55,632 bases of DNA. Origin: a virus. Taxonomy: Duplodnaviria > Caudoviricetes. The translations under genes were made by a program, and so were the position numbers. Below are positions 9,300-19,000 of this stretch, in pieces. Location: positions 1-55,632 of IMG/VR virus record IMGVR_UViG_3300037510_000248. One strand, 5' to 3'. The notes beneath the pieces are model-generated. The model was not told the DNA's origin and ran no database searches. It saw only the letters and a list, made by a program, of their open reading frames with translations. Positions within the stretch are counted from its first letter, which is position 1; every line of letters begins with the position of its first letter.

Positions 9300-9851
9300 A
9301 TGGTCGATCTCGCGCTGATAGCTTATAGTCTGATTGCTGCGATTGGCATGGGAGTTGCGATCGTTCTCGTGACCAATCGCGCCACATGGCTGCCGATGAT
9401 CGGCAGCGCAGTGTCAAGGGTTTCCGATGTGTGGGCGGATACCTTGGAGCGTGGGCGGCGACAAAAAGCACAGCGTGAGCGACTGTATGGCTATGATGCT
9501 ATGTCAAGTTCAGAACTGGTTCGCGACGCCGGTCGAACCAGTTCGGCGGGCGGGTCTACTGGTTCGCGGAATCTGGTTCCTGGGCAGCAGAACCAGCTCG
9601 AACCAGCAGAACCAGAGGATCGCGAACCAGACCGCGAATCGTTCGCGCGGCAGCTCGCAAAAGAGGAATTAATCATCCTCCTTGCGGTGCAACGGAACGA
9701 GGATGGCGGGTATCTCTACTCAGCGAATCAGATTACAAGTTTTGTTGGCGGCGCGGCCCAACCGATCAAGGCCACGATCGCAAACGTGCGTGGCAAGAAG
9801 GAAACACCCCCGCCCGCCAAAGCGCTGCATCGCCCGCTCAACGGCTGGTAG
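9300..9851 (+). CDS. N-terminal TM protein with C-terminal HTH-like domain
   Basis: AGGAGG RBS; TM helix; YSANQITSFVGG. Confidence 0.75.
   Translation: MVDLALIAYSLIAAIGMGVAIVLVTNRATWLPMIGSAVSRVSDVWADTLERGRRQKAQRERLYGYDAMSSSELVRDAGRTSSAGGSTGSRNLVPGQQNQLEPAEPEDREPDRESFARQLAKEELIILLAVQRNEDGGYLYSANQITSFVGGAAQPIKATIANVRGKKETPPPAKALHRPLNGW
9513..9644. repeat. Intragenic GAACCAG/CTGGTTC heptamer array (8 copies, both orientations)
   Basis: CTGGTTC at 9516, 9559, 9573; GAACCAG at 9535, 9590, 9600, 9609, 9624. Confidence 0.85.
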
Positions 9852-9861
9852 TCCCACCGCC

Positions 9862-9890
9862 CGCCCCGGCCCTCCACGGTCGGGGCGTTC
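9862..9890 (+). terminator. Probable terminator of the membrane operon
   Basis: CGCCCCGGCC-ctccac-GGTCGGGGCG hairpin, weak U tail. Confidence 0.5.
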
Positions 9891-9993
9891 CTATGTCCGG
9901 ACCAGCGGCAGCCACCGTCGCCCCGGCCGCTGCGCGGGTGCCGCCACCTCCCCCGGCGTGCGTACGTACTCTATCGTCTTTTTACGATAGATG

Positions 9994-10035
9994 CTTGACT
10001 TCTATTTGAATTATGATATAATCAAATTAGTCAAG
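9994..10035 (+). promoter_or_regulatory. Promoter with overlapping inverted-repeat operator (moron)
   Basis: TTGACT-16 bp-TATAAT with extended TG; CTTGACT..TTTGA / TCAAA..AGTCAAG dyad. Confidence 0.75.
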
Positions 10036-10061
10036 AAAGCGCGTATGAAGGGAACAAAGCA

Positions 10062-10394
10062 ATGACTGTTCAAGCACTCGGACTGACGTACAAGGACATG
10101 ATCGACGCGGCGGCGGTAGAGACACTCAATACTGAAGTCAAGGCGATGCTTGAGTCGAAACACGGACAAATGAGCGCCGAAGATGCCATCGAAGCCGTAG
10201 GCGACAGCTGGGGGTTCGTGCTGATTGAGCGCGACAACGAAGCGGCGCTTATTCGCAATGCCGATGGGCAGTACGCAACAGTTTGGTATGAGTCGGCGTA
10301 CGGGCAGGCGATGTCGGTCTACACAACACAGCAATATGACGCAGACGCGGTTGGGTTCGACAATCAAACACTCGGTTGGGGCGAGACTGAATAA
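10062..10394 (+). CDS. Acidic hypothetical protein (moron gene 1)
   Basis: RBS; own promoter. Confidence 0.75.
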   Translation: MTVQALGLTYKDMIDAAAVETLNTEVKAMLESKHGQMSAEDAIEAVGDSWGFVLIERDNEAALIRNADGQYATVWYESAYGQAMSVYTTQQYDADAVGFDNQTLGWGETE

Positions 10395-10633
10395 TGGCAG
10401 GAGTAAAGGGGAAAAGCGGCGGCTCGCGTAGTGAGGCGGGCCGCCCACCGACATCCATTACGTTCCGCCTCGGTGATGCCATCGCCATGCGCTACGGCCA
10501 CAATACGCCGCTGGAGGTCGGAGAGGTTGTCGAGATGCATCGCGGCATCCCCCGCACGGTCGTTATTCAGATGCGTAATGGCGAGAAGGTTTGGATTTTA
10601 ATCGAGACGCCTGCAAGCCCTGATCAATCGTGA
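10394..10633 (+). CDS. Small DNA-binding protein with GGxRxxAGRP motif (moron gene 2)
   Basis: MAGVKGKSGGSRSEAGRPP; TAATG coupling. Confidence 0.7.
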   Translation: MAGVKGKSGGSRSEAGRPPTSITFRLGDAIAMRYGHNTPLEVGEVVEMHRGIPRTVVIQMRNGEKVWILIETPASPDQS

Positions 10634-11005
10634 TCAGGGCTTGCGTATCAGTGGTAGATAGATACCCTCATGGCGAATTGCCGCCGGTGCCCGCTCGCCC
10701 GGCCCCCTGACCCACGCCCGCGCCGTGAGCGCGCCTGACTGTACGATGACCGTTGCGAGTCCCGGCGCCGCGCCTTCTGCGCGCAGCTGCGCCTCGCGCG
10801 CGTCCGTGCCCACCACGGTGTATTGAAACGCCGCGCCCCAGCCCGCAGGCGGGAACACGTGGACCACGCGCGGGGCGTCGGTGACGACGGTGATGGTCAG
10901 CAGCGCCGTGCTCGCGCCGTCTGCCTGACGGGTGAAGGCGGAGAGGCGCGGAGGCTCGGCTGGGGGCATGAAGAGCGCTAGCACAATAATGATGAGCAGG
11001 TTCAT
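10634..11005 (-). CDS. Exported protein with C-terminal IYLPLI motif
   Basis: Hydrophobic N-terminus MNLLIIIVLALF; ends GIYLPLIRKP. Confidence 0.7.
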   Translation of the reverse strand: MNLLIIIVLALFMPPAEPPRLSAFTRQADGASTALLTITVVTDAPRVVHVFPPAGWGAAFQYTVVGTDAREAQLRAEGAAPGLATVIVQSGALTARAWVRGPGERAPAAIRHEGIYLPLIRKP

Positions 11006-11526
11006 CGCGCCCCCTGCACAAACGCTACCGCAATCTGGGCATGGCCAGCGTCGTTCGGATGCACCTGGTCGGCAATCGTGTTGAGCGGATCGAACGCCGC
11101 TGACGCCGCCACATGGCGCACGCCGGTCATCGCATGGATGACCGCGTTGATCGCCACCACCGCCGCATCCGACCCGCGATCGAACGGCGGATACAGGGCA
11201 TAGGCAGCGGGCCGCATGCGCAGGCAATCCCCGAGCAACACAGTCGCGCCATACTGCCCCATTACGGCAATCGCGTGCGTGAGCGTGGTGCGATAGGTCA
11301 CGAGATTGACGCCGTAGCGCATATCGTTGAAGCCCGTGAGCAGTAGCGCGACATCCCCCTTTTTGACCGGCACAATCGGCTGCTGTGCCAGGCGTGTACC
11401 GCCGATGGCGCGGTTGTCGAGGGTGAGCCCCAGCGCGCGGGCGACAATGGCGGCGTAGCTCGTGCTGGGCACGCTGGCCCCCGCCCCGCGTGTGATGCTG
11501 TCGCCGAAACAGATCAATTTAGGCAA
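11002..11526 (-). CDS. SGNH/GDSL hydrolase (esterase)
   Basis: FGDSIT, G.ND, DQVHPN..GH catalytic blocks. Confidence 0.9.
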   Translation of the reverse strand: MPKLICFGDSITRGAGASVPSTSYAAIVARALGLTLDNRAIGGTRLAQQPIVPVKKGDVALLLTGFNDMRYGVNLVTYRTTLTHAIAVMGQYGATVLLGDCLRMRPAAYALYPPFDRGSDAAVVAINAVIHAMTGVRHVAASAAFDPLNTIADQVHPNDAGHAQIAVAFVQGAR

Positions 11527-12007
11527 TGCGGTAGTGCCCCTTGACGCGCCAGTCTCCGACGATCAATTCACTGGCAAGCAGTGTCGTCGGCGCGAGGTTG
11601 TCCCCCGATTTCAGCACATTCATACTTTGCCCCGTATTGCTGATTTGCATTGCGACTTGCGTATACCCCGCCGCGACATTCGCTGACCAGAAGAGGCAAT
11701 CCGCCCCGCCAGCAATGAGCATTGTGGCATCGGCCACCGCTGCATACGGAAAGCCCGCAAGCAGGAGGTTGCCCGTAGGCGGCGTGCCAATCGCCGTGAT
11801 GACGATACGCCCGTTAAAAAAGAGGAGGCTCCCCAAGCGCTGCCATTCGATCAGGGTGGCGTTCGCCGTATACGTGAAGGTGCCGGCAGTGCCGGAGCCA
11901 ACCCATGAGGGGGCGAACGTGCCTGCCTCCACGAAGGTTTCGTAGGCTAGCAGAAAGCTTGCGAGTGGCTTCCTGAGATTATAGGCAAGTTGATCGAAGT
12001 CACTCAT
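11519..12007 (-). CDS. Tail fibre / receptor-binding-type protein
   Basis: E.GTF.P, W.R.G.L.F, L.GFPY motifs typical of fibre C-terminal domains. Confidence 0.65.
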   Translation of the reverse strand: MSDFDQLAYNLRKPLASFLLAYETFVEAGTFAPSWVGSGTAGTFTYTANATLIEWQRLGSLLFFNGRIVITAIGTPPTGNLLLAGFPYAAVADATMLIAGGADCLFWSANVAAGYTQVAMQISNTGQSMNVLKSGDNLAPTTLLASELIVGDWRVKGHYRIA

Positions 12008-12570
12008 GATGAGATCCTTGGCAAAAATATGCGCTTACAGGGGTGCCCAATGTACTCCAATGTGCGACAGCCCACAAACCCCCTCTGCCACGCGGCATTA
12101 TGCCAACACATAATATCGGGGTGGCCGCACGCGCCCGGCGTGTCGTACCAGTCCGGCAGATGGAAAAGTTCGTGCCCCAGTTCGTGCGCGATCACCGCGT
12201 CCAGGTTGTCGCCCTGGAACGTCACCCAGATCGCGTGATTGTACTCCTGCGACCGTCCGACATCACCCTTCGGGAGCCGCGCATCGCTCACGGTGTTGTC
12301 CATCACAAAAATCGTGATCGGTCCCTCGGGGCTCATCAGCGACAGCGCCCACGACAGATCGGTGTAGGCGTCGCCGGTCGGTGTGTAGATCGTTGTAGAG
12401 ACGATCGCGAGGTCAGCATACGCCTGCCAGAAGTCCGCTGCTGCGGTGATCGCCGCCTGTGCCTGTGCCGCACGCACGCCGCTGTACGCCTCGCCTAGTG
12501 GCTCCACGAATACCACATGGACCGGGCGCGGCGGCGTGAGCAGGGAGAGGATGAAAATGAATGCTGTCAT
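12004..12570 (-). CDS. Exported metzincin-like metallopeptidase with C-terminal IFLP motif
   Basis: AHELGHELFHLPD plus DIM Met-turn; N-terminal hydrophobic segment; ends RIFLPRISS. Confidence 0.75.
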   Translation of the reverse strand: MTAFIFILSLLTPPRPVHVVFVEPLGEAYSGVRAAQAQAAITAAADFWQAYADLAIVSTTIYTPTGDAYTDLSWALSLMSPEGPITIFVMDNTVSDARLPKGDVGRSQEYNHAIWVTFQGDNLDAVIAHELGHELFHLPDWYDTPGACGHPDIMCWHNAAWQRGFVGCRTLEYIGHPCKRIFLPRISS

Positions 12571-13400
12571 GTTGGTTCCTGAATAAATCCCGTCCACCCC
12601 TTGTGTTGTTTATGCTCACCCTTAAGCACTCGCCAGACGGCAGATATAGTTAAATTATATTGTCGTGCAAAACGCCCTGGATAAATAACGTTTGCATAGA
12701 TTTCCCCAGTTGGCGAGATAAAGGTGTATTTCGGTATGGATGGTGGTGTTTGGGGTTCCGATCCATTAACCCACCCTGTCCACCCCTCAGTATGATCGCG
12801 CTCACCGCGTAATACCATGCGCAAAAGATTCTCATGAAGATTGTGATCGCGCGCAAAAGCACTCATATTGATGATGTTTGGGTAACGCGTCATGTCGGGG
12901 GCGATGATGGTATATACTTTCCCACCTGATTGTGCTAACGCGTTTTGTTCTATCTGCACAGGTGTAAGCTTTCTTCCTTTGAGCGCTATGCTTATTTTAG
13001 TGCGGTGCTCAGCGGGCATTGGCCCAAGACGGATTCCCTTACGGATTTCCGATGCATGTTGCTTCGTTTCTTCGCTATGCCTAAAACCGAAACTACTCCC
13101 CGCTGTGCGAAGATTATTATATATAGCAGTTATTGGGCGATTGGCAAACATTTCATCTAACCATTTTTGCTCTGATACAAGTAGGTTTTCCGGAATTGCG
13201 ATCTCTTCTAAAACCTCAAAGGCGAATGCGTTTTCACCATATTTGTTCCATGCGCGTTGGAAATGCGGAGAATGGTGCTCTCCTCTTCGGAGGTCGTATC
13301 GATGACATCTCCATCGCTGTTGAATGCTTACGGCGCTACCAATGTAAATGCAACCTCGTGGTCCGTGAATAGCGTAGATTCCCATTTGTGGTATACTCAT
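12567..13400 (-). CDS. GIY-YIG homing endonuclease with NUMOD3-type repeats
   Basis: GIYAI...IYIGS...R; HSEETK, EHRTKISIALKG; lower GC than flanks. Confidence 0.9.
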   Translation of the reverse strand: MSIPQMGIYAIHGPRGCIYIGSAVSIQQRWRCHRYDLRRGEHHSPHFQRAWNKYGENAFAFEVLEEIAIPENLLVSEQKWLDEMFANRPITAIYNNLRTAGSSFGFRHSEETKQHASEIRKGIRLGPMPAEHRTKISIALKGRKLTPVQIEQNALAQSGGKVYTIIAPDMTRYPNIINMSAFARDHNLHENLLRMVLRGERDHTEGWTGWVNGSEPQTPPSIPKYTFISPTGEIYANVIYPGRFARQYNLTISAVWRVLKGEHKQHKGWTGFIQEPT

Positions 13401-13426
13401 GATCGTCGCTCCTATACAGCGGCTGT

Positions 13427-13480
13427 GTCGGCGTGGTGTTGATAGCACCACGCCGACTTTCCAATGCTTTAATTATACCA
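13427..13480 (-). promoter_or_regulatory. Own promoter (TGGTATAAT) and 5' hairpin of the GIY-YIG gene
   Basis: GTCGGCGTGGTG/CACCACGCCGAC 12-bp stem at 13427-13457; extended -10 at ~13472-13480. Confidence 0.6.
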
Positions 13481-13519
13481 CCTAACGTCCATTTGTGGCA
13501 TTACAATCAGGTAAATAAG

Positions 13520-14644
13520 TCATCTCAGTAGCGCGAGTCTTGCATCAATGGGGTCCCAAGAACTGGGTTCCAGTGTGCAGCCAACTTGCCCTTCGGAAAT
13601 TGTGCAGGTGACTCGCCCCACATACTTGCGCGAGGCGGAGTCGGGCGCACCCGCAACTGGCCCCACATCCATTAGGTTCACAACTTGCGCCATCGCATTC
13701 GGTCGCACGTTCCAGGGTTGAACCACAGCGCGTCCTGAATTGTAGATTCGGGCATCCCCGGCAAATTCCTGATATGTGATGACCGTAGGCGTTGCCCCCG
13801 CCCATGGTTGCACGTAGAATTTGCGGTTCTCATAGACGCCCCACGTGATCGGGTTTGTGCCATCACCTTGATTTAATAGGGATTCGATCTTTTCGCGGAT
13901 GGTTGTATTCGCTGGTATCAACTGTGTGGCCTGATTTGACACCGCTGTAATGTTCGCGGTGCTCGTATCGATGAAGGCGTTGAGCGCTGCCGCTGTGCTG
14001 AGCAACGTCCCTACCTGCGTCGTGATAACCGCATCGCTTGTCGTGCTTAGGCTCGTGATTACATCCCCTAATGTCGTATACCACCCTGCGAAGTTCAACG
14101 TGACGGAGATGTCGCCCGAATCGCCGGTCATCGCCTGTGTGGCCTCGTTGGAACGTGGGTAGGCCGATGCTGCTAAGACAATCGCGGCTTTGTTTGCTGC
14201 CGAGGTTGCCGTACTCGCATCGAGGGATACAACGCGATCTTTCACTCCGTAAATCGTTTGACTCCCTGCATTACTCACGCTGGAGGTCGTTCCCTGCGTG
14301 CCCAGCACCGTCGTATACACGCATCGGACGCGATTGCACATCGCGTCCAAACTGACAGAGGCAACCTTCTGTCCGATGCGTACGGAGATTCCCACACACC
14401 GTCCTTCCCAAACGCGCTCGGCGTCGGGCGAGTCCACTTCGATGGTGCGTGCCAAGCCGTTTTGAATCCAGTTTAGAGCATCATCTAACGTCGCCTTGAA
14501 TGTGACTTGACAGCTTTCCATCCCACATTGATCAGTAAGAGAGTGCTGATAACTGTCGATCTTGCCAGCGATGTTGCCAATGTAAAATCCGCCGGGAATA
14601 CCACCCAACCCTGGCTCATAACAATGCACGGAGAGAGCGATCAT
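13520..14644 (-). CDS. Minor tail / baseplate hub protein
   Basis: Second gene after TMP; VWEG, NRV, SQ..YG motifs. Confidence 0.7.
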   Translation of the reverse strand: MIALSVHCYEPGLGGIPGGFYIGNIAGKIDSYQHSLTDQCGMESCQVTFKATLDDALNWIQNGLARTIEVDSPDAERVWEGRCVGISVRIGQKVASVSLDAMCNRVRCVYTTVLGTQGTTSSVSNAGSQTIYGVKDRVVSLDASTATSAANKAAIVLAASAYPRSNEATQAMTGDSGDISVTLNFAGWYTTLGDVITSLSTTSDAVITTQVGTLLSTAAALNAFIDTSTANITAVSNQATQLIPANTTIREKIESLLNQGDGTNPITWGVYENRKFYVQPWAGATPTVITYQEFAGDARIYNSGRAVVQPWNVRPNAMAQVVNLMDVGPVAGAPDSASRKYVGRVTCTISEGQVGCTLEPSSWDPIDARLALLR

Positions 14645-16032
14645 GTTGCACCTCGTAGGGTATGCCACAGCGGCGCGTGAGTTGCGGTGACCGGCGCGGT
14701 GTCGGCCGCTGTATACGTGTAGGTATTCCGCACCCACGCCAGATAAAGCGCGGTGTTGGGGTAATAGCGGGGCGCTTGCCCACGCAGGAGATGCACCGCA
14801 CTAAAGGTAGTTCCATCCGAGCTTGCTCCAACGATCGGCGGCGCAATCGGGAGAACTGGCGCACTCGTGCGCTCTTGGAACGAGAGCGTGCGCACATCAC
14901 CAAAAAAGGGGATGGTCACCGCCTCGGCCATTCCCCATGTCAGGTATGAAATAACATGCATGCTCGCATAGGTGACCGTCGCCGATCCGCCGGTGGAACT
15001 GCGCTGATACACCGTAACCGCAAGTACGGTCGTGATGGGGTAGTTCATCGCCCGAAAAGGCGAAAGGTCAACCGCCCCCATATCGAGGATGTTGGCAGCG
15101 GCGGCGACGGGAGGCGTAATCCATGGCGATGTATAGACGGGGGTCGCTGTGGTGTCGCCCGCCCGCACCTGAATGCGTAGTTGCGTGAGGGTATTTACGG
15201 TCGTGAGGATCAGCATAATCCGCACCTTGACGGCTGCGTACGCATAGGCTTCGTTTGCTAGGATATTGGACGCCGTGGCAATACTGACGCCTGTTGTACT
15301 AGACGTACTATATGCCCCCGCCCCTGCGGTATCCGCGATCCGCTCAAGCACTGTGCCCATCCAGAGGCGTTGATAGGTGTTGGTCGCACCGCCGTTCCAT
15401 TTGATGTTGAGTGGACTGCCCTCATTAATCATGTCCCCGCCGCCCGTGGTGTAAGCGCGGATTGTGCCGTTGGTCATGGTGACCGCGTTGATAAGGGTTT
15501 CTCCTGAAGATAAACGCCCCCCAAACGGCTTCTTGCGCCAGGTCACCACAGCACGTATCACAGCATGTCCCGCTGTAGTTAATCCCGCCTCATCGTTCAG
15601 AAAGCGATAGTCTTCTTGGACATCCGCCCCAAGGATCTCAAAATACACTGCATTACTTGCCCCATTCGGCTGTTCTGCAAGGATACACGGCGTAGTAAAA
15701 AGCGCTGTGTTCAGGATTTGACGGAGTTGGATCAACAGGAAAATAGCGTTATCATATGTTGTGGCCCTGCACTGAATCGTGATGGTTTCGGTCTGGTTGC
15801 CGTACGTGGTATACAGCGCGTTCGCGCCGTCGCTGATTGGCGCGCCACCACCATAAACCTCTTGACGTAGAGGCGCGAGGGGCGTATAGGGCACGCCCGC
15901 TGTCGAGTTCATCCCGATCTCATACGGCGATGTTGCGACGCTTGTCCAAGGCGATCCTGACCCTGTATATTCCCCGCCGCCTTCGATATAGTAGTTGACG
16001 CCGCCCGAAATGAGGCGTGATTGCTTTGCCAT
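14641..16032 (-). CDS. Distal tail protein (Dit-like, extended)
   Basis: Directly after TMP; beta-rich, Thr/Gly-rich. Confidence 0.7.
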   Translation of the reverse strand: MAKQSRLISGGVNYYIEGGGEYTGSGSPWTSVATSPYEIGMNSTAGVPYTPLAPLRQEVYGGGAPISDGANALYTTYGNQTETITIQCRATTYDNAIFLLIQLRQILNTALFTTPCILAEQPNGASNAVYFEILGADVQEDYRFLNDEAGLTTAGHAVIRAVVTWRKKPFGGRLSSGETLINAVTMTNGTIRAYTTGGGDMINEGSPLNIKWNGGATNTYQRLWMGTVLERIADTAGAGAYSTSSTTGVSIATASNILANEAYAYAAVKVRIMLILTTVNTLTQLRIQVRAGDTTATPVYTSPWITPPVAAAANILDMGAVDLSPFRAMNYPITTVLAVTVYQRSSTGGSATVTYASMHVISYLTWGMAEAVTIPFFGDVRTLSFQERTSAPVLPIAPPIVGASSDGTTFSAVHLLRGQAPRYYPNTALYLAWVRNTYTYTAADTAPVTATHAPLWHTLRGAT

Positions 16033-19000
16033 TATTTATGCATCCCTGTGCGTGCGTTGAGTTTCTGAATGACGAGATCGGCAAGTTGATTCATATTCAT
16101 GCCTGGTGTCCCCACGACAGAACCAGGTTGAAAGTTAATAATGGTGTCGCCGCCCCGCGAAGCCCCCCCCAGCAGTGCGGCACTTTGCTGCGCCAGTCCT
16201 GCCGCCGCTGGCTGAATGTCGCCGAACGGCACCGCCGCCAGCTTGATCAGCGCCTCGCTCTGCGCCGCCAGTGCCTGCGTCGTAATCCCCAATGCCGCGA
16301 TGTCGCCAGCCGGAATGGTGGCCGCCACCGCGCCCAATCGCTTGGCAACCGCCAGCGTTTGCAGTGTGCTCTTCTCAAAGGATGCGAGCGCTTTGGCGTC
16401 AAGCCCGTAGTCGCCCGACTTCAGCGCCTCAAAGAACAGCAAGCCATCCTTGAACGCACCGAACGTCGTGCCGACCGCCTCAGCGTAGCTCTTGCCCGCC
16501 GCGAGTCCGTCCGTGCTGTAGGTCGATGCCGCTTTGACCAGCCCGTCTGCGATGCGCTTGGCGTCCTTGGCGACGAGCGCGATCTGCGCATTGCTCGGGC
16601 TTTGATAGTCGGTGAACAGATCGCGGGTCAGCCCGCTCACGTCCTTGATCACGCCCACGCCCGCGCCGACCGTGCTCTCCCAGTCTTGGAGCGCCGTGCT
16701 CTGGGCCTCGGTGCTTGGCACGAGCTGCGACTGCACAATGCCGGTCACGCGCCGTGCATCGCTCGCCAGGCGCTGCACATCCGCCACCGCCAGCGGCGTG
16801 CTGGCGTTCTCGCGAATGGTTTTACTCAGGTCGGACACATCCTTGATCGTGCCGACCGCCGCGCCCTCGGCGTCGGCCCAATTCTGCATCGCTGTGGCTT
16901 GTGCCTCCGTCGTCGGCGTGAGCGTGCCGGTGACGATCGCGGTCACACGCCGGGCGTCGTTCGCCAGTTGGGTCACGCGCCGCAGATCGAGCGGCAGCGC
17001 CGCGTCCTCTTGGAGCGTCTTGCTGAGATCGCTTACATCTTTGATGACCGACACACCTGCGCCAACCGCATCGCTCCACGTTTGCAGCGCGTTCGCCTGG
17101 TCCTCAGTCGTCGGCGTGAGCGTCGCCTGCACAATCGCCGTGACGCGCTGCGCATCGGAGGCGAGCCGCTGCACCAGCGGCAGACTGATCGGCGCGCTGG
17201 CGTTGTCTTGCAAGGTCTTGCCGAGCTCCGATGTGGCCTTCACAATGTCGATCGAAGCCGACGCGGCGTCGTGATACAGCGTGAAGGCTTGCGCCTGTGC
17301 CTGGGTGAGCGGCAAAACGGTGCCCTGCACAATCGCCGTGACCTGATTGGCGTCGCGCGCGAGAGCCCGCACGGCGTCCAGATCCGGCGCGGGCAAGATC
17401 GCCTCCGACATCGCCTTACGGAGATCGGCCACGTCCTTGAGGATCGCCACGCTGGTACTCACGCCATCGGCAAAGCGCGACAACTGATCGCCCTGCGCTT
17501 CCGAGATCGGCACGAGCTGTGCTTGCACGATCCCAAGAAACAGTGCGGCGCGATTTGCCAGCCCCTCAATGAGCCCGACATTAAACGGCTGATCGTTCAT
17601 CGCGTCCGACAGGTCGTGTCGCAGCCCGGCCACATCACCAAGAATCGAGATCGCATCCTTGGCGGCACTCACGTAGAGCGAGAACGCCTCGCTCTGCTTC
17701 TTCGTGGTCGGCACGAGGTTGCTTTGCACGATTTGCAAAAAAAGTGCGCCGCGTTGCGACAGTCCTTGGATGAGTCCGATGTTGAACGGCTGCTGATTGG
17801 CCGCCGCCTCCAGATCGCCGCGCAACTTGATCAGGTCAGAGAGCAGCGCGATCACATCTCGTTGCTGTTCAATCTGGCTTTTGATCGCGTCCGCTTGCTT
17901 GCTGGCGTTGACTTTCTTGGTGCCTTCGTTCGAGCCAACGGCGACCGGCGTGGTGTAGCCCCCGCCCGCGTCCAACACGCCACCACCGGCCATCTTGACC
18001 ATGCCCGCCCCGACCGTGGTGGTGCCGCGCCCGCCGACCGGCGTGACGGTGACGATCTCGCGCCCGCCAGGATTGTCGCCGACCGTCAGCGTGGTTGGCC
18101 CATTGCTCATGAACGTGCCGCCACCGGCCGCCTTCGTGCCACCGCCTGAGGAACCCCCACCCCCAACACTGGTACTGCCCTGCTGATTGATATGCACCGT
18201 GACGGTCACGTCTTTCGGAATCGAATTAACCGCATCGCCGATCTTCTTCAGGTTGTTTGACCCTTGATCGCCGGCCGTGCCCGTCGCCTTGATGATACTA
18301 TCGGACATCCGTTGCGCGTGTCCGATCGCCACGTTGGCGGCGTCTTGCGCCGACGCAATGATCTCGTCGTGCTCTTTCTCACGCTGTTGCTTCTTTAGGT
18401 CCGCGAGCACGTTCGCCTGCGCGACCTCGCGATCAGACTGCTCTTGGATTGCCTTCTGGGCCTCTTCATATTGCTTTTGGAGGGCGGCCTGTAGTTCGGG
18501 GTTCTTGCCCAGTTCGGCCTGCTTCTCGTAGTAGGCCTTATCGAGATCTTCCTGTTCTTGATTGGCCTTTTCGCGGATCTGAAGGATAGTCTCCGCGCTC
18601 TCCGCGTCACCCTCTTCGGCCTTCTTGCGCGCCTCTTCGGCGTTGGCTTCGGATCGTTTGCGTGCGTCCGCTTCGGCCCGCTCGCGATCGTTGAGCTTGC
18701 GCGCCTCATCAGGCGTGTGCTTGCCGAACAGGTCGAGGTCGTCAACCTCGTTGCTCACGCGGCGGTTGCCCGCCGTATTGGCGATGGAGTTCGCAAGCTT
18801 GCGCTTGTTTTCCAGTTGCTGTTCGGCGTACTTTTCGTCTAGATCCGCAAGCTTCTTGTCGCGATCGCGGACGATGGACTGGATCTTCTCGGAGGTATTG
18901 CCCTCCAGGGTTTCAAGCCGGTTGGCGGTTTTCGCGGCGCTGCCTGCACGCCCTGCCCCGCCCTTTTCTTGTGCCTGTATGAGCTTGGTTTGCGCGTTAA

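Noticed and set aside
12567-13500. GIY-YIG gene as part of a group I intron
   Set aside because: Flanking genes appear complete and no intron core is evident; treated as free-standing
10634-16032. Diversity-generating retroelement or invertible tail-fibre cassette
   Set aside because: No reverse transcriptase, TR/VR pair or invertase seen in the window
16017-18149. 710-aa + strand ORF antisense to the tape measure gene
   Set aside because: Arg-rich shadow frame expected from GC-rich codon bias and repeats; no RBS or motifs
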